NCBI GenBank assembly: GCA_051252135.1
Contig: JBPOGH010000001.1
Span: 384,001-448,000, forward strand
From: Verrucomicrobiaceae bacterium
Lineage (GTDB): Bacteria; Verrucomicrobiota; Verrucomicrobiia; Verrucomicrobiales; Akkermansiaceae
Reading direction: 5' to 3'
Length of the DNA: 64,000 bases
Below are positions 1 through 10,428 of the stretch, one piece after another. The notes under the pieces were generated by a model. It saw only the letters and a list, made by a program, of their open reading frames with translations. It did not search any database and was not told the origin of the DNA. Each line of letters opens with the position of its first letter. Position 1 is the stretch's first letter. A program made the translations under genes and the position numbers.

Positions 1-1208
1 AGACGGTGACGATCTACCGCACCAGGGCAACGGACCGAAAGCCCGGGGCCGGGGAATGGGTGCCGGTTAAGAATATCCTTCGCGATCCCAAGGGATGCTC
101 CCAACTCACGGACTTCGTCCTTAAACAGCTCCGCCAAAGGCTCCAAAACTTTCCCTTCTGCTTGCAGCTCGAGAATTTTCGGGACCCGGTTGTGGTGGGT
201 CTTGATCACCGATGCCTTGGACTTGGCGTTTGACGCACTTTCGATCACATCCGGATAAAGAGTTCCCTGCGCCAACATCTGAGCGTCACCCACGGTATCC
301 CAGAAGACTTTGATAAAGAGATTCCCAATGATTTTACGCTTCTCTTCCGGATCCTCTTTCCCTGCCAAGGCATCAAGAAACTCATCCGACGCATCGATCG
401 TTTCGATCTCAACTCCCATGCGATGGAAGTTGTTCTGCACCTCAACCGCTTCATTTTTCCTCAGCAATCCGTTGTCGACAAAAATAGCCCGCACCTTCAC
501 CCCCGCCTCTTTGAGCAGAACGGCCAAAACCGTTGAATCAACTCCCCCACTCACTCCGCAAACAACCTGCCGGTCACCGACCCGCTCGCGGATTCCGTCG
601 ATCATCTCGCGCTTAAAATCCTCAATATGAAACGGCTGAAGCTCCTTTGCCTGAAGCAGGAAATTATGGAGGATCCGAAGCCCCTCGTGGCTATGGGTCA
701 CTTCAGGGTGAAACTGAATCCCATAGAAATTTCCAGGCCACTTCAGACTCACCGGTGTGCCATGCTGATTGGTCGCGATCACCTCCACATCGGCATGCAA
801 ATCTTGCACGGTATCGGAATGACTCATCCACACTTGGGACTCGGTCGAAATTCCCTCGTAAAGATCATCGTGTGAAACCGGCTTGAGCATCGCGGGACCA
901 TATTCCCGCTTGTTACTGGCTTTTACGCTGCCCCCAAACTTGATGTTGAGCAACTGCATCCCATAGCACACTCCGAGCACCGGAACGCCAAATGACCTCA
1001 ATTTTTCAAAATCGATGTCCGGAGCATCGGGCTCGCTGGTACTCTTTGGACCTCCGGAAAGAATCACCGCTCCGGGCGATCCGATCTCTTCAATCTCCTC
1101 GGGTGAATAAAGCTTCGCAAAAAAGCCCAGTTCGCGAACGCGACGGACAATGAGCTGGGTATACTGGGAGCCGAAATCGAGAACGGCAACGTGATTGGTC
1201 TCTTGCAT
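1..1208 (-). CDS. guaA: GMP synthase (glutamine-hydrolysing), 3' end runs off the window
   Basis: Hand translation from ATG 1208: MQETNHVAVLDFGSQYTQLIVRRVRE...PVLGVCYGMQLL...GIQFHPEV...SGGVDS...HPFPGPGL. One frame with no stop in the window, so absent from the ORF track. Follows guaB. Confidence 0.96.
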   Translation of the reverse strand, partial: MQETNHVAVLDFGSQYTQLIVRRVRELGFFAKLYSPEEIEEIGSPGAVILSGGPKSTSEPDAPDIDFEKLRSFGVPVLGVCYGMQLLNIKFGGSVKASNKREYGPAMLKPVSHDDLYEGISTESQVWMSHSDTVQDLHADVEVIATNQHGTPVSLKWPGNFYGIQFHPEVTHSHEGLRILHNFLLQAKELQPFHIEDFKREMIDGIRERVGDRQVVCGVSGGVDSTVLAVLLKEAGVKVRAIFVDNGLLRKNEAVEVQNNFHRMGVEIETIDASDEFLDALAGKEDPEEKRKIIGNLFIKVFWDTVGDAQMLAQGTLYPDVIESASNAKSKASVIKTHHNRVPKILELQAEGKVLEPLAELFKDEVRELGASLGIAKDILNRHPFPGPGLSVRCPGAVDRHR

Positions 1209-1219
1209 GTTACTAAAAA

Positions 1220-2674
1220 TTAGCTGGCAGGCTGGTAATTGGTAGGCTCCTCGGTGATCGTGACATCATGGGCGTGGCTTTCACGCAAACCCCCGGCTGT
1301 GATCCGGACAAACTCCGCTTTTTCCCGCAACTCCTGAAGATTGCGGGCCCCCACATAACCCATTCCCGAGCGGAGACCGCCCATCAGCTGGAAAACAACA
1401 TCGGCCAGTGGCCCCTTGTAAGGCACCCGGCCCTCAACCCCCTCTGCCACCAACTTGCCACTCGAATTCTGACCGTACCGATCGCCCGCCCCCTTGCGCA
1501 TCGCTCCGATTGAACCCATCCCCCGGTAAGTCTTAAAACGACGACCTTGGGAGTGAACTGTCTGTCCGGGACTCTCGCGGGTTCCTGCAAGAAGCGACCC
1601 CAACATCACCAGATCGGCTCCGGCCGCGAGAGCTTTCGTAATGTCACCCGAATAGCGAATCCCACCATCGGCAATAACCTTCACCCCATATTGGTGCGCA
1701 TAATCGGCAACATTCCGAACAGCTGTAAATTGCGGCATCCCCACCCCGGAAATCACTCTCGTCGTGCAAATCGATCCCGGCCCAACCCCTACCTTCAAGG
1801 CACTTGCCCCTGCGTTGATCAAATCCTTTGCTCCAGCAGCAGTCACCACATTTCCCGCAATAACCGGGCGGTCACTAAGCCCGCGCAATGCTTCAATCAC
1901 TTCCATCACTCTCGTGGTGTGACCCGTTGCCGCATCGATGAAAAGCGCATCGGCTCCCGCCTCAATCAACGCCTGGGCCCGCTCAAGAAATTCCGGCCCC
2001 GGACCAACGGCTGCCCCGCACCTCAACTGACCGTTGGGATCTTTCGCAGCATTCGTAAAGGTGATCCTCTTCTCAATGTCGGCACCGGTAATCAATCCCG
2101 CCAGCGTCCCGTCGGCATTTACCAGAGGCAGTTTTTCAATACGATTTTCATAGAGAATTTGGCGGGCCTCCTCCTGTCGCATCGATGGTTCCGCTGTAAC
2201 AAGCTTCTCAATTGGGGTCATCACCTCGCCCACCAATGCGTCCGCACTGGGAACATGACGCAAGTCCCGCCCGGTCACCATTCCCTCCAGTTTTCCGTTG
2301 GCATCCACCACGGGAAAACCTGAAAACCCTTCAAATTCCATAATCTCCCGAACTTCCGCCACCGTGTGCCCGCGGCTGACTGTCTTCGGCTTATGGATGA
2401 CTGCATTCTCCGAACGTTTCACCTTGGCCACCATGGCAGCCTGCTCCTCGATCGGACAGGCGCGGTGAATCACTCCAATACCACCTTCACGGGCCAGCGC
2501 CATCGCCAACTCCGATTCAGACACCGTATCCATTGCGGCTGAAATCACCGGAATGTTGAGTGGAATATCATCCGTCAACTGAGTCCGCACATCGGATTCC
2601 GAAGGGAGAATTTCACTCAGACCGGGCGTCAGAAGGATGTCGTCAAAAGAAAGGGCTAAAGGGGTTTCCGCCAT
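1220..2674 (-). CDS. guaB: IMP dehydrogenase with CBS pair
   Basis: SAAMDTV, catalytic [17 protein letters not shown] and YRGMGS motifs. Confidence 0.97.
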   Translation of the reverse strand: MAETPLALSFDDILLTPGLSEILPSESDVRTQLTDDIPLNIPVISAAMDTVSESELAMALAREGGIGVIHRACPIEEQAAMVAKVKRSENAVIHKPKTVSRGHTVAEVREIMEFEGFSGFPVVDANGKLEGMVTGRDLRHVPSADALVGEVMTPIEKLVTAEPSMRQEEARQILYENRIEKLPLVNADGTLAGLITGADIEKRITFTNAAKDPNGQLRCGAAVGPGPEFLERAQALIEAGADALFIDAATGHTTRVMEVIEALRGLSDRPVIAGNVVTAAGAKDLINAGASALKVGVGPGSICTTRVISGVGMPQFTAVRNVADYAHQYGVKVIADGGIRYSGDITKALAAGADLVMLGSLLAGTRESPGQTVHSQGRRFKTYRGMGSIGAMRKGAGDRYGQNSSGKLVAEGVEGRVPYKGPLADVVFQLMGGLRSGMGYVGARNLQELREKAEFVRITAGGLRESHAHDVTITEEPTNYQPAS

Positions 2675-2842
2675 GAGCGAGTCAATGGAAACCGAACATC
2701 AAAATCAAGCGCGATTCCCGATTCGGAGGTAAAAACTATTAACATCCTCCGAAATCACCCTACAGACACAGGCACCAATCTAAAAAGCAACGAACTCCAT
2801 TGCTCATTCCGGCATATCTGTCGGTCTCCCGGTCTCTCGCAA

Positions 2843-3223
2843 CTAGTCTAAAAAGACAATCTTCCCCGGAGTCCCCTTCGCCTCGGCATCTGCACGGGCC
2901 TGGGCCTCGTGCTGCTCCGGAGAGCACGATGAATCAATCGGTGCGTCGGGAGCTACTTCATTCGCCTCGACCAAGCCTTTGGAAAGCAAGTAAGCCTCCA
3001 CCTCTTCACCGCTCACATCCGGCAGCATTTCACCATTAATTTCCACACAAGGACTCAAGGGCTGGCCGGTCTTTTGCTCCATCTCCCACCGAAAAGCGGG
3101 ATTCTTGATGATATCCTTCTCATTAAACTCGAGACTGTACTTCCGCATGATCGCACGGACACCTTCGCTCCAGCCGCAAAAGGTTTTCAAATACGCCGTA
3201 ATTTGTGGTGATTCGTTGCTCAT
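2843..3223 (-). CDS. Glutaredoxin-like protein (monothiol, CGWS)
   Basis: YLKTFCGWS active-site-like motif, cis-Pro-like region SPCVEING, thioredoxin-fold size. Confidence 0.75.
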   Translation of the reverse strand: MSNESPQITAYLKTFCGWSEGVRAIMRKYSLEFNEKDIIKNPAFRWEMEQKTGQPLSPCVEINGEMLPDVSGEEVEAYLLSKGLVEANEVAPDAPIDSSCSPEQHEAQARADAEAKGTPGKIVFLD

Positions 3224-3291
3224 GGCGGCAAGATAGGACCAACCCGCGATTTCTCAAGTTTTCTCAACCCCCGATTTAAGATAAACCTTTT

Positions 3292-3930
3292 GTGATGAAT
3301 CTTCGCGTCGTCTTAAATTTTGCCCTCACCGCCGACGGAAAAATTTCTACGCGTCAATCCTCACCCGCCCGATTCACCTCAAAACACGATCTCGACCGAC
3401 TCCACAGCCACCGCCAGGCCGCTGATGCCATCCTGGTCGGCCGGGGCACTCTGGAAGCCGATCAAATGTCCCTGACCACCCACGGCCAACACCAGCCCCT
3501 GCGCTGCGTAGTTTCAAAATCAGGGGATTTTGACTTCACTCACAAACTCTTCCACTCACCCGGAGGAGATATTCACCTCATCAATACCGGCGCTAATCAG
3601 ATCGAACACGATTCGGCTACCATCCACCACTGCTCCCTCTCAACCTGGTTGAACTGGCTTGATCGGCAACCCGGGATCAACACCCTCCTTTGCGAGGGCG
3701 GAGGCACACTGGCATCCCACCTCTTCGCTCTCAACCACGTCGATGAGATAAACATCACCATCGCCACCCATACCGTTTTTGGAGGCCACGAGGCCCCCAC
3801 TCTGACCGGAAAACTGACCGGCTTCCTTCCAAAAAGTCGTCATTTTGACCTTCAAACGATTGAGCCCGGGGCCCACGGCGAATTTTTTCTTCACTATCTG
3901 AGAAGAGAAGGGGCTTCCCATTGTATGTAA
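3292..3930 (+). CDS. RibD C-terminal (pyrimidine reductase/DHFR-like) domain protein
   Basis: ALTADGKI, DAILVGRGTL, LLCEGGGTL and VDEI motifs of RibD_C. Confidence 0.85.
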   Translation: MMNLRVVLNFALTADGKISTRQSSPARFTSKHDLDRLHSHRQAADAILVGRGTLEADQMSLTTHGQHQPLRCVVSKSGDFDFTHKLFHSPGGDIHLINTGANQIEHDSATIHHCSLSTWLNWLDRQPGINTLLCEGGGTLASHLFALNHVDEINITIATHTVFGGHEAPTLTGKLTGFLPKSRHFDLQTIEPGAHGEFFLHYLRREGASHCM

Positions 3931-3953
3931 GGAATGTTAGATATCTCGAAGTG

Positions 3954-4205
3954 ATGAATAAACAAACCATCATGACCTTTCCGTGTCCCTCTTGCCAAAA
4001 GGTTGTCAGCCTCACCGGAAGTCAGGCCGTTGGGCCCTGTCCTTATTGCCACAGCGAGATTCAGGCCACTTTCACGGTCAACGTGATTGACAGCGATCCC
4101 GGCCACAATGGACCTCTGGAAAAAGGCTACGATGCCCGCTGTTTCCGCCCCGATGCACGCCATCAGGGAGACGGCTGGAGATCTCGCACACCGGCAGCTC
4201 GCTGA
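3954..4205 (+). CDS. Small zinc-ribbon hypothetical protein
   Basis: FPCPSC...GPCPYC (two CxxC). Fills the gap before topB. Start uncertain (3951/3954/3972). Confidence 0.5.
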   Translation: MNKQTIMTFPCPSCQKVVSLTGSQAVGPCPYCHSEIQATFTVNVIDSDPGHNGPLEKGYDARCFRPDARHQGDGWRSRTPAAR

Positions 4206-4256
4206 GGGGTCCAAATTGCTTCTCGAAAAGATTTCCCTTTTCATGAGGCAAAAGCG

Positions 4257-6815
4257 ATGCCTAAGTCCGCCCCCGTGTCCAAGACTCTGATCATCGCCGA
4301 GAAACCTTCTGTCGCCACAGATCTCTCCAAAGCTCTCGCCAAATCGTTGGGTAAATTCGAAAAGAAGGGAAAGTCTCGCGACTCCCAGTATTTCGAAAAT
4401 GACAACGCCATGATCACTTCCGCAGTCGGTCATCTGGTCGAACTTAAAATGCCCACCGGCCCCAACGGAAAAAACCTTCCTTGGAAATTCGACGTCCTTC
4501 CGGCCATTCCACAAACCTTCGAGCTCCAACCGATTGAACAATCAGAAGGACGTCTCAAGCACGTCCTCAAGCTCGCCCGCTCCAAGCAGGTCTCCGAAAT
4601 CGTGAACGCTTGTGACGCCGGCCGTGAAGGTGAACTCATTTTCCAGTACATCATGGATATTGGGAAGATTGACAAGCCGGTTAAGCGCCTTTGGATGCAA
4701 TCGATGACCACCAACGCCATTCAAGAGGCTTGGGACCATCTTCGCGAAGGAGCCGAAATGTCCAATCTGTCCGATGCCGCCAAGTGCCGATCCGAATCAG
4801 ACTGGCTCGTTGGCCTCAACTCCACCCGCGCTCTCACTTGCTTCCGCTCGCGTCACGGTGGCTTCAATATCACCGCCGCCGGCCGCGTCCAAACCCCCAC
4901 CCTCGCCATTCTCGCAAGACGCGAACGCGAAATCCAGGCGTTCAAAGCCACTCCTTACGCCGAGGTTCACGGAACTTTCGGTGTCGCAGCCGGCGAATAT
5001 GAATCCCGCTGGGTCGACCTCAACTTCAAGAAGGACGAAAACAACCCCCACGGCCGCGCCGAGCGCATTTGGGACAAAGAACGGGCCAAGCTGATCACCG
5101 GACGCTGCCAGGGAAAGACCGGCATCGTCACCGAAGTCAAAAAACCCACTAAACAGATCGCCCCCCAACTTTACGATCTCACCACTCTCCAGCGTGAAGC
5201 CCCCTTCACCGCAAAAAACACTCTCGGTCTCGCCCAAACCCTCTACGAGCGTCACAAGATGCTCACCTACCCTCGAACCGACTCCCGTTACCTCCCCGAG
5301 GACTACCTCGCTAACGTCAAATCGGTCGTCGCTGATCTCGCCAAATCCTCTTCCGATCTCGCCCACTGGGCAAAGGACGCCATCGATAACGACCGCATCC
5401 AATTCCAAAAACGAATCTTCAACAACGCCAAGGTCTCCGATCACTTCGCCATCATCCCCACTGGCCGTGTCGTAAAACTCAATGACGCCGAAGCGAAACT
5501 TTATGACATGGTCGTGAAGCGCTTCCTCGCCGTATTCTTCCCTCACGCCGAGTTCGAAGTCACCAAGCGCCTGACAACCATCGATCACGGCTCGGAAAAG
5601 GACACCTTCCGCACCGATGGCAAGATTCTCGTCACCCCGGGCTACCTCGCAGTCTACGGACGCAAGCCCGGCGTCGGCGCCGGAAAAGACGAACTTTGTG
5701 TCGTTCAGGAAGGAGAGGACGCCAAGGCAATTGAGATCACCTTGGAGGAGAAGGAAACCAATCCTCCCGCCCGCTACACGGAATCCACCCTCCTTTCAGC
5801 CATGGAAGGAGCCGGAAAACTGGTCGACGACGACAAACTTCGTGAAGCAATGGCTGAGCGCGGTCTCGGAACTCCCGCAACTCGGGCCGCCACAATCGAA
5901 GGTCTCATTCGCCAGAAATACATCACCCGGGACGGCCGTGAACTCATCGCCACCGGTAAGGGCGTCCGACTCATCGACCTTTTGGAGGAAATGGACATCA
6001 AGCCCCTCACCTCGCCCTCCATGACCGGCGATTGGGAGGCCAAACTCCGCCGCATGGAACACGGAGAGCTGGATCGTGCCACTTTCATGGCCGAGATCGC
6101 CAAATTCACCGAGGACGCTGTTGGAAAGGCCCGCTCCCACTATGAGGAGATCATCAGCAAACCATTTCCTGACCTTAAGTGCATCTGCCCCAATTGCGGA
6201 GCGCCTGAGCTCAAGCAAACCGATGCCACTTATGAGTGTCGTGAAGCCGAATGCACCTTCCGCATTTCAAAATACATCGCCGGCCGGCACCTCACCGAAG
6301 AGGAAGCCAAAACACTCTTCACCACAAAGTTCCTTGAGGAACGGGAAGGCTTCGTCTCCCGCTTCAACAGACCCTTCAGCGCCGCCCTGGAACTGACCCA
6401 ACAAGTTTCTAAAACCGGCAAAAAAGGAAAGTGGAAAACCAACTTCGTATTCGACGCTGACCTCGAATCCGCCGAAGACCTCACCGAAGACCAACTCCTC
6501 AAGGAAGTCACTCTTCCCAACGGCAAACAGGTGAAACTCTACGAGACCGAGAAGGCCTTTATGGTCCCGGATTTGGTAACCAAAGACAATCCCGATGGAT
6601 TCCGTCTGGGTAAGACCATCCTGCAAAAAGAGCTGAACGCCACCGATGTGGAAGCACTCTTTACCACCGGCAAGACCGCACTCCTGCCCGGCTTTATCTC
6701 CAAGAGAACAAAACGCGCCTTTGCCGCCCATCTCACCTTGGACGTCGAAACCGGAAAAATTGGCTTCGAGTTTGCCCCTCGCAAAAAGGCCGCCAAGAAA
6801 AAGAGCGCTTCCTAG
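4257..6815 (+). CDS. topB: Type IA DNA topoisomerase III
   Basis: [30 protein letters not shown], catalytic TYPRTDS and GLGTPATRA. Zn ribbon and Topo III-type C-terminal repeats ([29 protein letters not shown]). Confidence 0.92.
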   Translation: MPKSAPVSKTLIIAEKPSVATDLSKALAKSLGKFEKKGKSRDSQYFENDNAMITSAVGHLVELKMPTGPNGKNLPWKFDVLPAIPQTFELQPIEQSEGRLKHVLKLARSKQVSEIVNACDAGREGELIFQYIMDIGKIDKPVKRLWMQSMTTNAIQEAWDHLREGAEMSNLSDAAKCRSESDWLVGLNSTRALTCFRSRHGGFNITAAGRVQTPTLAILARREREIQAFKATPYAEVHGTFGVAAGEYESRWVDLNFKKDENNPHGRAERIWDKERAKLITGRCQGKTGIVTEVKKPTKQIAPQLYDLTTLQREAPFTAKNTLGLAQTLYERHKMLTYPRTDSRYLPEDYLANVKSVVADLAKSSSDLAHWAKDAIDNDRIQFQKRIFNNAKVSDHFAIIPTGRVVKLNDAEAKLYDMVVKRFLAVFFPHAEFEVTKRLTTIDHGSEKDTFRTDGKILVTPGYLAVYGRKPGVGAGKDELCVVQEGEDAKAIEITLEEKETNPPARYTESTLLSAMEGAGKLVDDDKLREAMAERGLGTPATRAATIEGLIRQKYITRDGRELIATGKGVRLIDLLEEMDIKPLTSPSMTGDWEAKLRRMEHGELDRATFMAEIAKFTEDAVGKARSHYEEIISKPFPDLKCICPNCGAPELKQTDATYECREAECTFRISKYIAGRHLTEEEAKTLFTTKFLEEREGFVSRFNRPFSAALELTQQVSKTGKKGKWKTNFVFDADLESAEDLTEDQLLKEVTLPNGKQVKLYETEKAFMVPDLVTKDNPDGFRLGKTILQKELNATDVEALFTTGKTALLPGFISKRTKRAFAAHLTLDVETGKIGFEFAPRKKAAKKKSAS

Positions 6816-6988
6816 AAAGCGAATCCTCGGCCCAAATCAACGCCCCCCCGCGGGGAGCTTTGCGGCTTCCCTACCGCAAGAGGTGAGGCTGCCTTCTGGC
6901 GCTCAATCGAAGAACAGAATCCACTGTTTTTACGGTCACGCTTTTTGCCGAAAAATGATACGTAATCAACTCGCCTGAAAAGTGTAAA

Positions 6989-8293
6989 CTAGATGGAATC
7001 GCGCGTATCCAGATAGCAATTTGCCAACGCTACTGGAAACGCCTGAGCCGTCTCATCAATTGTCACAATCCCTTCCTCCCGGAGCCTCGCCAGGGCTCGC
7101 TCCCTCTCGGCCCGATAATCCATCGCCGCCAAATACCCCAGGGAATCATCAAAAGTTTGAACCTCTTCGTTGACCATCTCGTCGATCCCCTCTTCCCGCA
7201 GGCTTGCAAGAACGACCGGATGTTTTTGGCGCAGTTTTCGTAAAGGTAGCGTCAACTCGGAGCTGTCTTCCCCGCGCAAGTTCGTCAAAATCACCACCAG
7301 CGCCCGTCGCTGCTGGTGTCTCAAAAGGCGCTCTGCCGCCTCGTTAAAGTCACTTGGGAATGGCGCTGTCTCATAGTCATACAGATGGTTCAGCACCGTC
7401 GTCATCGAATGCTGCCCTTTCACCGGCGGCAACCAGCGGTCCGTCCCGCCAAAGCTTAAAATACCCACATGATCCCCCTGCCGTAGTGCGATGTAACTCA
7501 GCAAAAGGGAGGAATTCAAACAATGGTCAAACTGGCTAATCTCACCGTCCAAGGTCCTCATGCGGCGCCCGCAGTCAATCATGAGAATCACCGATTGATC
7601 GCGCTGCTCCTGGAAGTCGCGACTAATCAACGACTGTCGTTTGGATGACGCTTTCCAATCAATTTGAGCCATCGAGTCCCCCATCTGGTAATCCCGCAGC
7701 TGGTGAAATTCCCGGCTCAACCCCGGACGATTCTTGCGAACAATTCCGCTCTGGTCCTGACGATGGGCCATTGCCAGCAGCGCATAACTAAGCACCGGCT
7801 GATAGTTGGGATAAACCTTTGTCGATCCTTCCTCACCCACCTGACAGGCTCGATTCCAAAGTCCGAGGAGAGATGTCACCAGGAGATGCGTCCGTTCAAA
7901 TCGCTGCTCTCCCCGCTCATGCAATGCAACAGGGTAACTCACATCGACATATCCCTTTTTTCCAATCCATCCCCGCCACGGAAGCTGCTGGCAGTCGCTC
8001 CGCTCCGGCACACCATCAAACATCGCCACATAAAGGGCTCGTCCACTGCGATTGAAAATTCGGACTTTCACCTCCCCCTCTATGCCCACCGCAAAACGGC
8101 CGGGAAGCTCCCGGACTGAATCAGCCTTCCGCCCCACCAGAACCAGGAGAGCATCAAAAAGAGAAACTCCTCCCAGAATAAATCCAGCCGTCTTCCACGC
8201 CGCTAGCCCCGGTGGCCACAGCACTACGGCCACTCCCATCAAGGTCCACAAACCAAGAATCCATATCAGCCATCTGGAAGGACGTAAACGCAT
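6989..8293 (-). CDS. DUF58 domain protein (MoxR-associated, vWA-like)
   Basis: EFHQLRDYQMGD, IDWKASSK and degenerate MIDAS-like DCGRRM. N-terminal TM segments. Confidence 0.9.
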   Translation of the reverse strand: MRLRPSRWLIWILGLWTLMGVAVVLWPPGLAAWKTAGFILGGVSLFDALLVLVGRKADSVRELPGRFAVGIEGEVKVRIFNRSGRALYVAMFDGVPERSDCQQLPWRGWIGKKGYVDVSYPVALHERGEQRFERTHLLVTSLLGLWNRACQVGEEGSTKVYPNYQPVLSYALLAMAHRQDQSGIVRKNRPGLSREFHQLRDYQMGDSMAQIDWKASSKRQSLISRDFQEQRDQSVILMIDCGRRMRTLDGEISQFDHCLNSSLLLSYIALRQGDHVGILSFGGTDRWLPPVKGQHSMTTVLNHLYDYETAPFPSDFNEAAERLLRHQQRRALVVILTNLRGEDSSELTLPLRKLRQKHPVVLASLREEGIDEMVNEEVQTFDDSLGYLAAMDYRAERERALARLREEGIVTIDETAQAFPVALANCYLDTRDSI

Positions 8294-8296
8294 CGA

Positions 8297-9295
8297 TTAA
8301 GTCCGTGGTGCCTCAACACTCTCAATCACCTTCCTTAGCAGATCATCAATATCCTGACCCGTAATGGCCACCTCCGGCGTCACTTGAACCCGATGACGAA
8401 ACACCGGAAGTGCCGCCATCTTGATATCATCCGGAATCACAAAGTCCCGACCTGCAATCGCAGCGTAGGCCTTCGACAACTGAACCAGGCTGATCGCCCC
8501 CCGGGTTCCCGCTCCCAGGCTCAGACCCGGTGCCTCCCGTGTATGCCTCGTCAGGCGCAAGGCATAATCAATCACCTCATCAACAATTCGGATTTCTGCC
8601 GTCAGCCGCTGCGCTTCAATGATGGTAGCGGCATCACACACCTGCTGAACCTGCCTCGGATCGGCCCCTCTGCCCTTCGCTCTTGAGGTAACCTCCGTCA
8701 CCACCTTCCGCTCATCCTCCATCGTTGGATAATCAATAATCACCTTCACCAGAAAGCGATCCAATTGCGCTTCAGGCAACGGATAGGTCCCCTCCTGTTC
8801 AATCGGATTCTGGGTCGCAAAACACATAAAGGGCGGGGCCACCGGAAGGGTCTCACCATCAATGGTCACCTGCTCCTCCTGCATCACTTCCAGCAGCGCG
8901 GCTTGCGATTTTGCCGGAGCCCGATTGATCTCATCAGCCAACAATAGGTTTGTAAAAACCGGCCCCTTGCGGGTCTGAAAAGTCTGACTTTTCATATCGA
9001 ACAGGGTGAATCCGGTAATATCAGAGGGCATCAGATCCGGAGTGAATTGAATCCGTCCAAATTCTCCGCCGAAGGTGCTCGCCAGAGCCAACACCATGTG
9101 GGTCTTCCCCAAACCGGGCTTTCCCTCCAAGAGAACGTGACCTCCGGCCAACAAGGCCGCGACAATTTGGGTAACGGTATCGGATTGACCAAAAACAACC
9201 CTCGAGATTTCCCCGCGAAGTTGATTCGCAAGATCAGTCACTTGGGAAAGGTTGGGTGCAGCAGGCTGCTCGGGCGGAGTATCATATTCTGTCAT
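8297..9295 (-). CDS. MoxR-family AAA+ ATPase
   Basis: HVLLEGKPGLGKT, RIQFTPDLMPSD, LADEINRA and ATQNPIEQEGTYPLPEAQLDRF. Confidence 0.95.
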   Translation of the reverse strand: MTEYDTPPEQPAAPNLSQVTDLANQLRGEISRVVFGQSDTVTQIVAALLAGGHVLLEGKPGLGKTHMVLALASTFGGEFGRIQFTPDLMPSDITGFTLFDMKSQTFQTRKGPVFTNLLLADEINRAPAKSQAALLEVMQEEQVTIDGETLPVAPPFMCFATQNPIEQEGTYPLPEAQLDRFLVKVIIDYPTMEDERKVVTEVTSRAKGRGADPRQVQQVCDAATIIEAQRLTAEIRIVDEVIDYALRLTRHTREAPGLSLGAGTRGAISLVQLSKAYAAIAGRDFVIPDDIKMAALPVFRHRVQVTPEVAITGQDIDDLLRKVIESVEAPRT

Positions 9296-10428
9296 CGTTT
9301 CCTGAGGAGTTGGAGATTTCGCACCACTCGGGTGATGGCGCCTGGGTCTTTGAAATTTTTTGAGTTGAGAGCCTCGAACACATCCTCCTGTCTCAAACCG
9401 CTTTCCTCTGCAAGTGAGAGATAAAGAGCTTCCGGAGGGCCTTGATGATCGCGCTCCAATTCCTCCCGCATGGGACGAACCAGATGCTCCAGCGCATTAC
9501 GCCGCCACAAGAAAACTGCCGCAGCTTTTAATCCCATCCCGTAGGGTTGGCGGATCGTAAAATCATCCTTAGCCACCGGGCCAAATCGCGGCACCCGCAT
9601 CCACAACCACGCCCCAAGCAGAATCATGCCCGATAAGACCACCTGCCACGCATGCTGCCAAATCAACTCGAAGAACGAGGTCCCGGAACCATACAGAAAC
9701 ACCACTTCTCCATCTCCATACCACTCGGCCACTTGCTCCAGAAAGGCCGCATGATCTTTCCTTCCGATATAAGCATTCCGAAACGGCCGGGCGTGACTCA
9801 GCACCATCAACATCCCATTTCCATAACCAGTCGTCACCATCCGGGAACTCCCATCAAGATCCCACTCTTCCCCATGCTCGGCGCTCAGACTGACAGGCCC
9901 CTGAAATTCGATCTCAAAATCGTATTCCTCTTCCCCGCTCACCACGCCGATCTCCGCAATATGCCAGGGCCGTGCAAGGTGCCCCTCTCCATCCCCTCCC
10001 ACTTCTTCGAATTCGTGAACTCCTCGCTCCACCCCCACCTCCTCAAGGAGATAGTCCAATCCCGGATACTCCTCTTCGACCCCATAGCTCCGTCCCGTAA
10101 ACTCATTCAATTCCGCCTCGCCACCCTCAAGCGTCAAAACCAACATCCCTCCTCCCTCAACCCAATCGAGGGCCCGCATCGCCACCCCTTTCGTCGAAAG
10201 GAATGACCCGGGCATGATGATCGTCGACGTATCATGATCAAAATCACTCCACACGCGTGAACTCCTCGCAGACTTCCCTGACTCATTCAGAAAGCGTTCG
10301 GCAGCCAGGTAGGGATTCACCCGCGCAGGCCCCTTATAACCCGTTGGAATCTCCCGCTCTTCCCATTCTCCCTTGTCGTTGTCACATCCTGACAAAAAAC
10401 ACACCAGCACTGCCATCAACCACCTCAC
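9292..10428 (-). CDS. DUF4350-like membrane/lipoprotein
   Basis: GTG 10428 overlaps the upstream stop. Lipobox-like MRWLMAVLVCFLSGC, NPYLAAERFL, C-terminal TM followed by PRFGP. Position in MoxR cluster. Confidence 0.7.
   Translation of the reverse strand: MRWLMAVLVCFLSGCDNDKGEWEEREIPTGYKGPARVNPYLAAERFLNESGKSARSSRVWSDFDHDTSTIIMPGSFLSTKGVAMRALDWVEGGGMLVLTLEGGEAELNEFTGRSYGVEEEYPGLDYLLEEVGVERGVHEFEEVGGDGEGHLARPWHIAEIGVVSGEEEYDFEIEFQGPVSLSAEHGEEWDLDGSSRMVTTGYGNGMLMVLSHARPFRNAYIGRKDHAAFLEQVAEWYGDGEVVFLYGSGTSFFELIWQHAWQVVLSGMILLGAWLWMRVPRFGPVAKDDFTIRQPYGMGLKAAAVFLWRRNALEHLVRPMREELERDHQGPPEALYLSLAEESGLRQEDVFEALNSKNFKDPGAITRVVRNLQLLRKR

Noticed and set aside
1..1208. guaA missing from the ORF track, suggesting a frameshift or pseudogene
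   Set aside because: Hand translation stays in one frame through the A-run near 1005. The ORF simply has no stop inside the window.
2722..2753. Inverted repeat TTCGGAGG...CCTCCGAA upstream of guaB as a purine riboswitch
   Set aside because: It is a single hairpin with no three-way junction or purine-aptamer consensus. It may be a terminator or operator, but there is no support for either.
6816..6988. GC-rich hairpins between convergent topB and DUF58 as an ncRNA
   Set aside because: Only short stems (e.g. TTGCGG/CCGCAA), with no recognisable RNA family or promoter.
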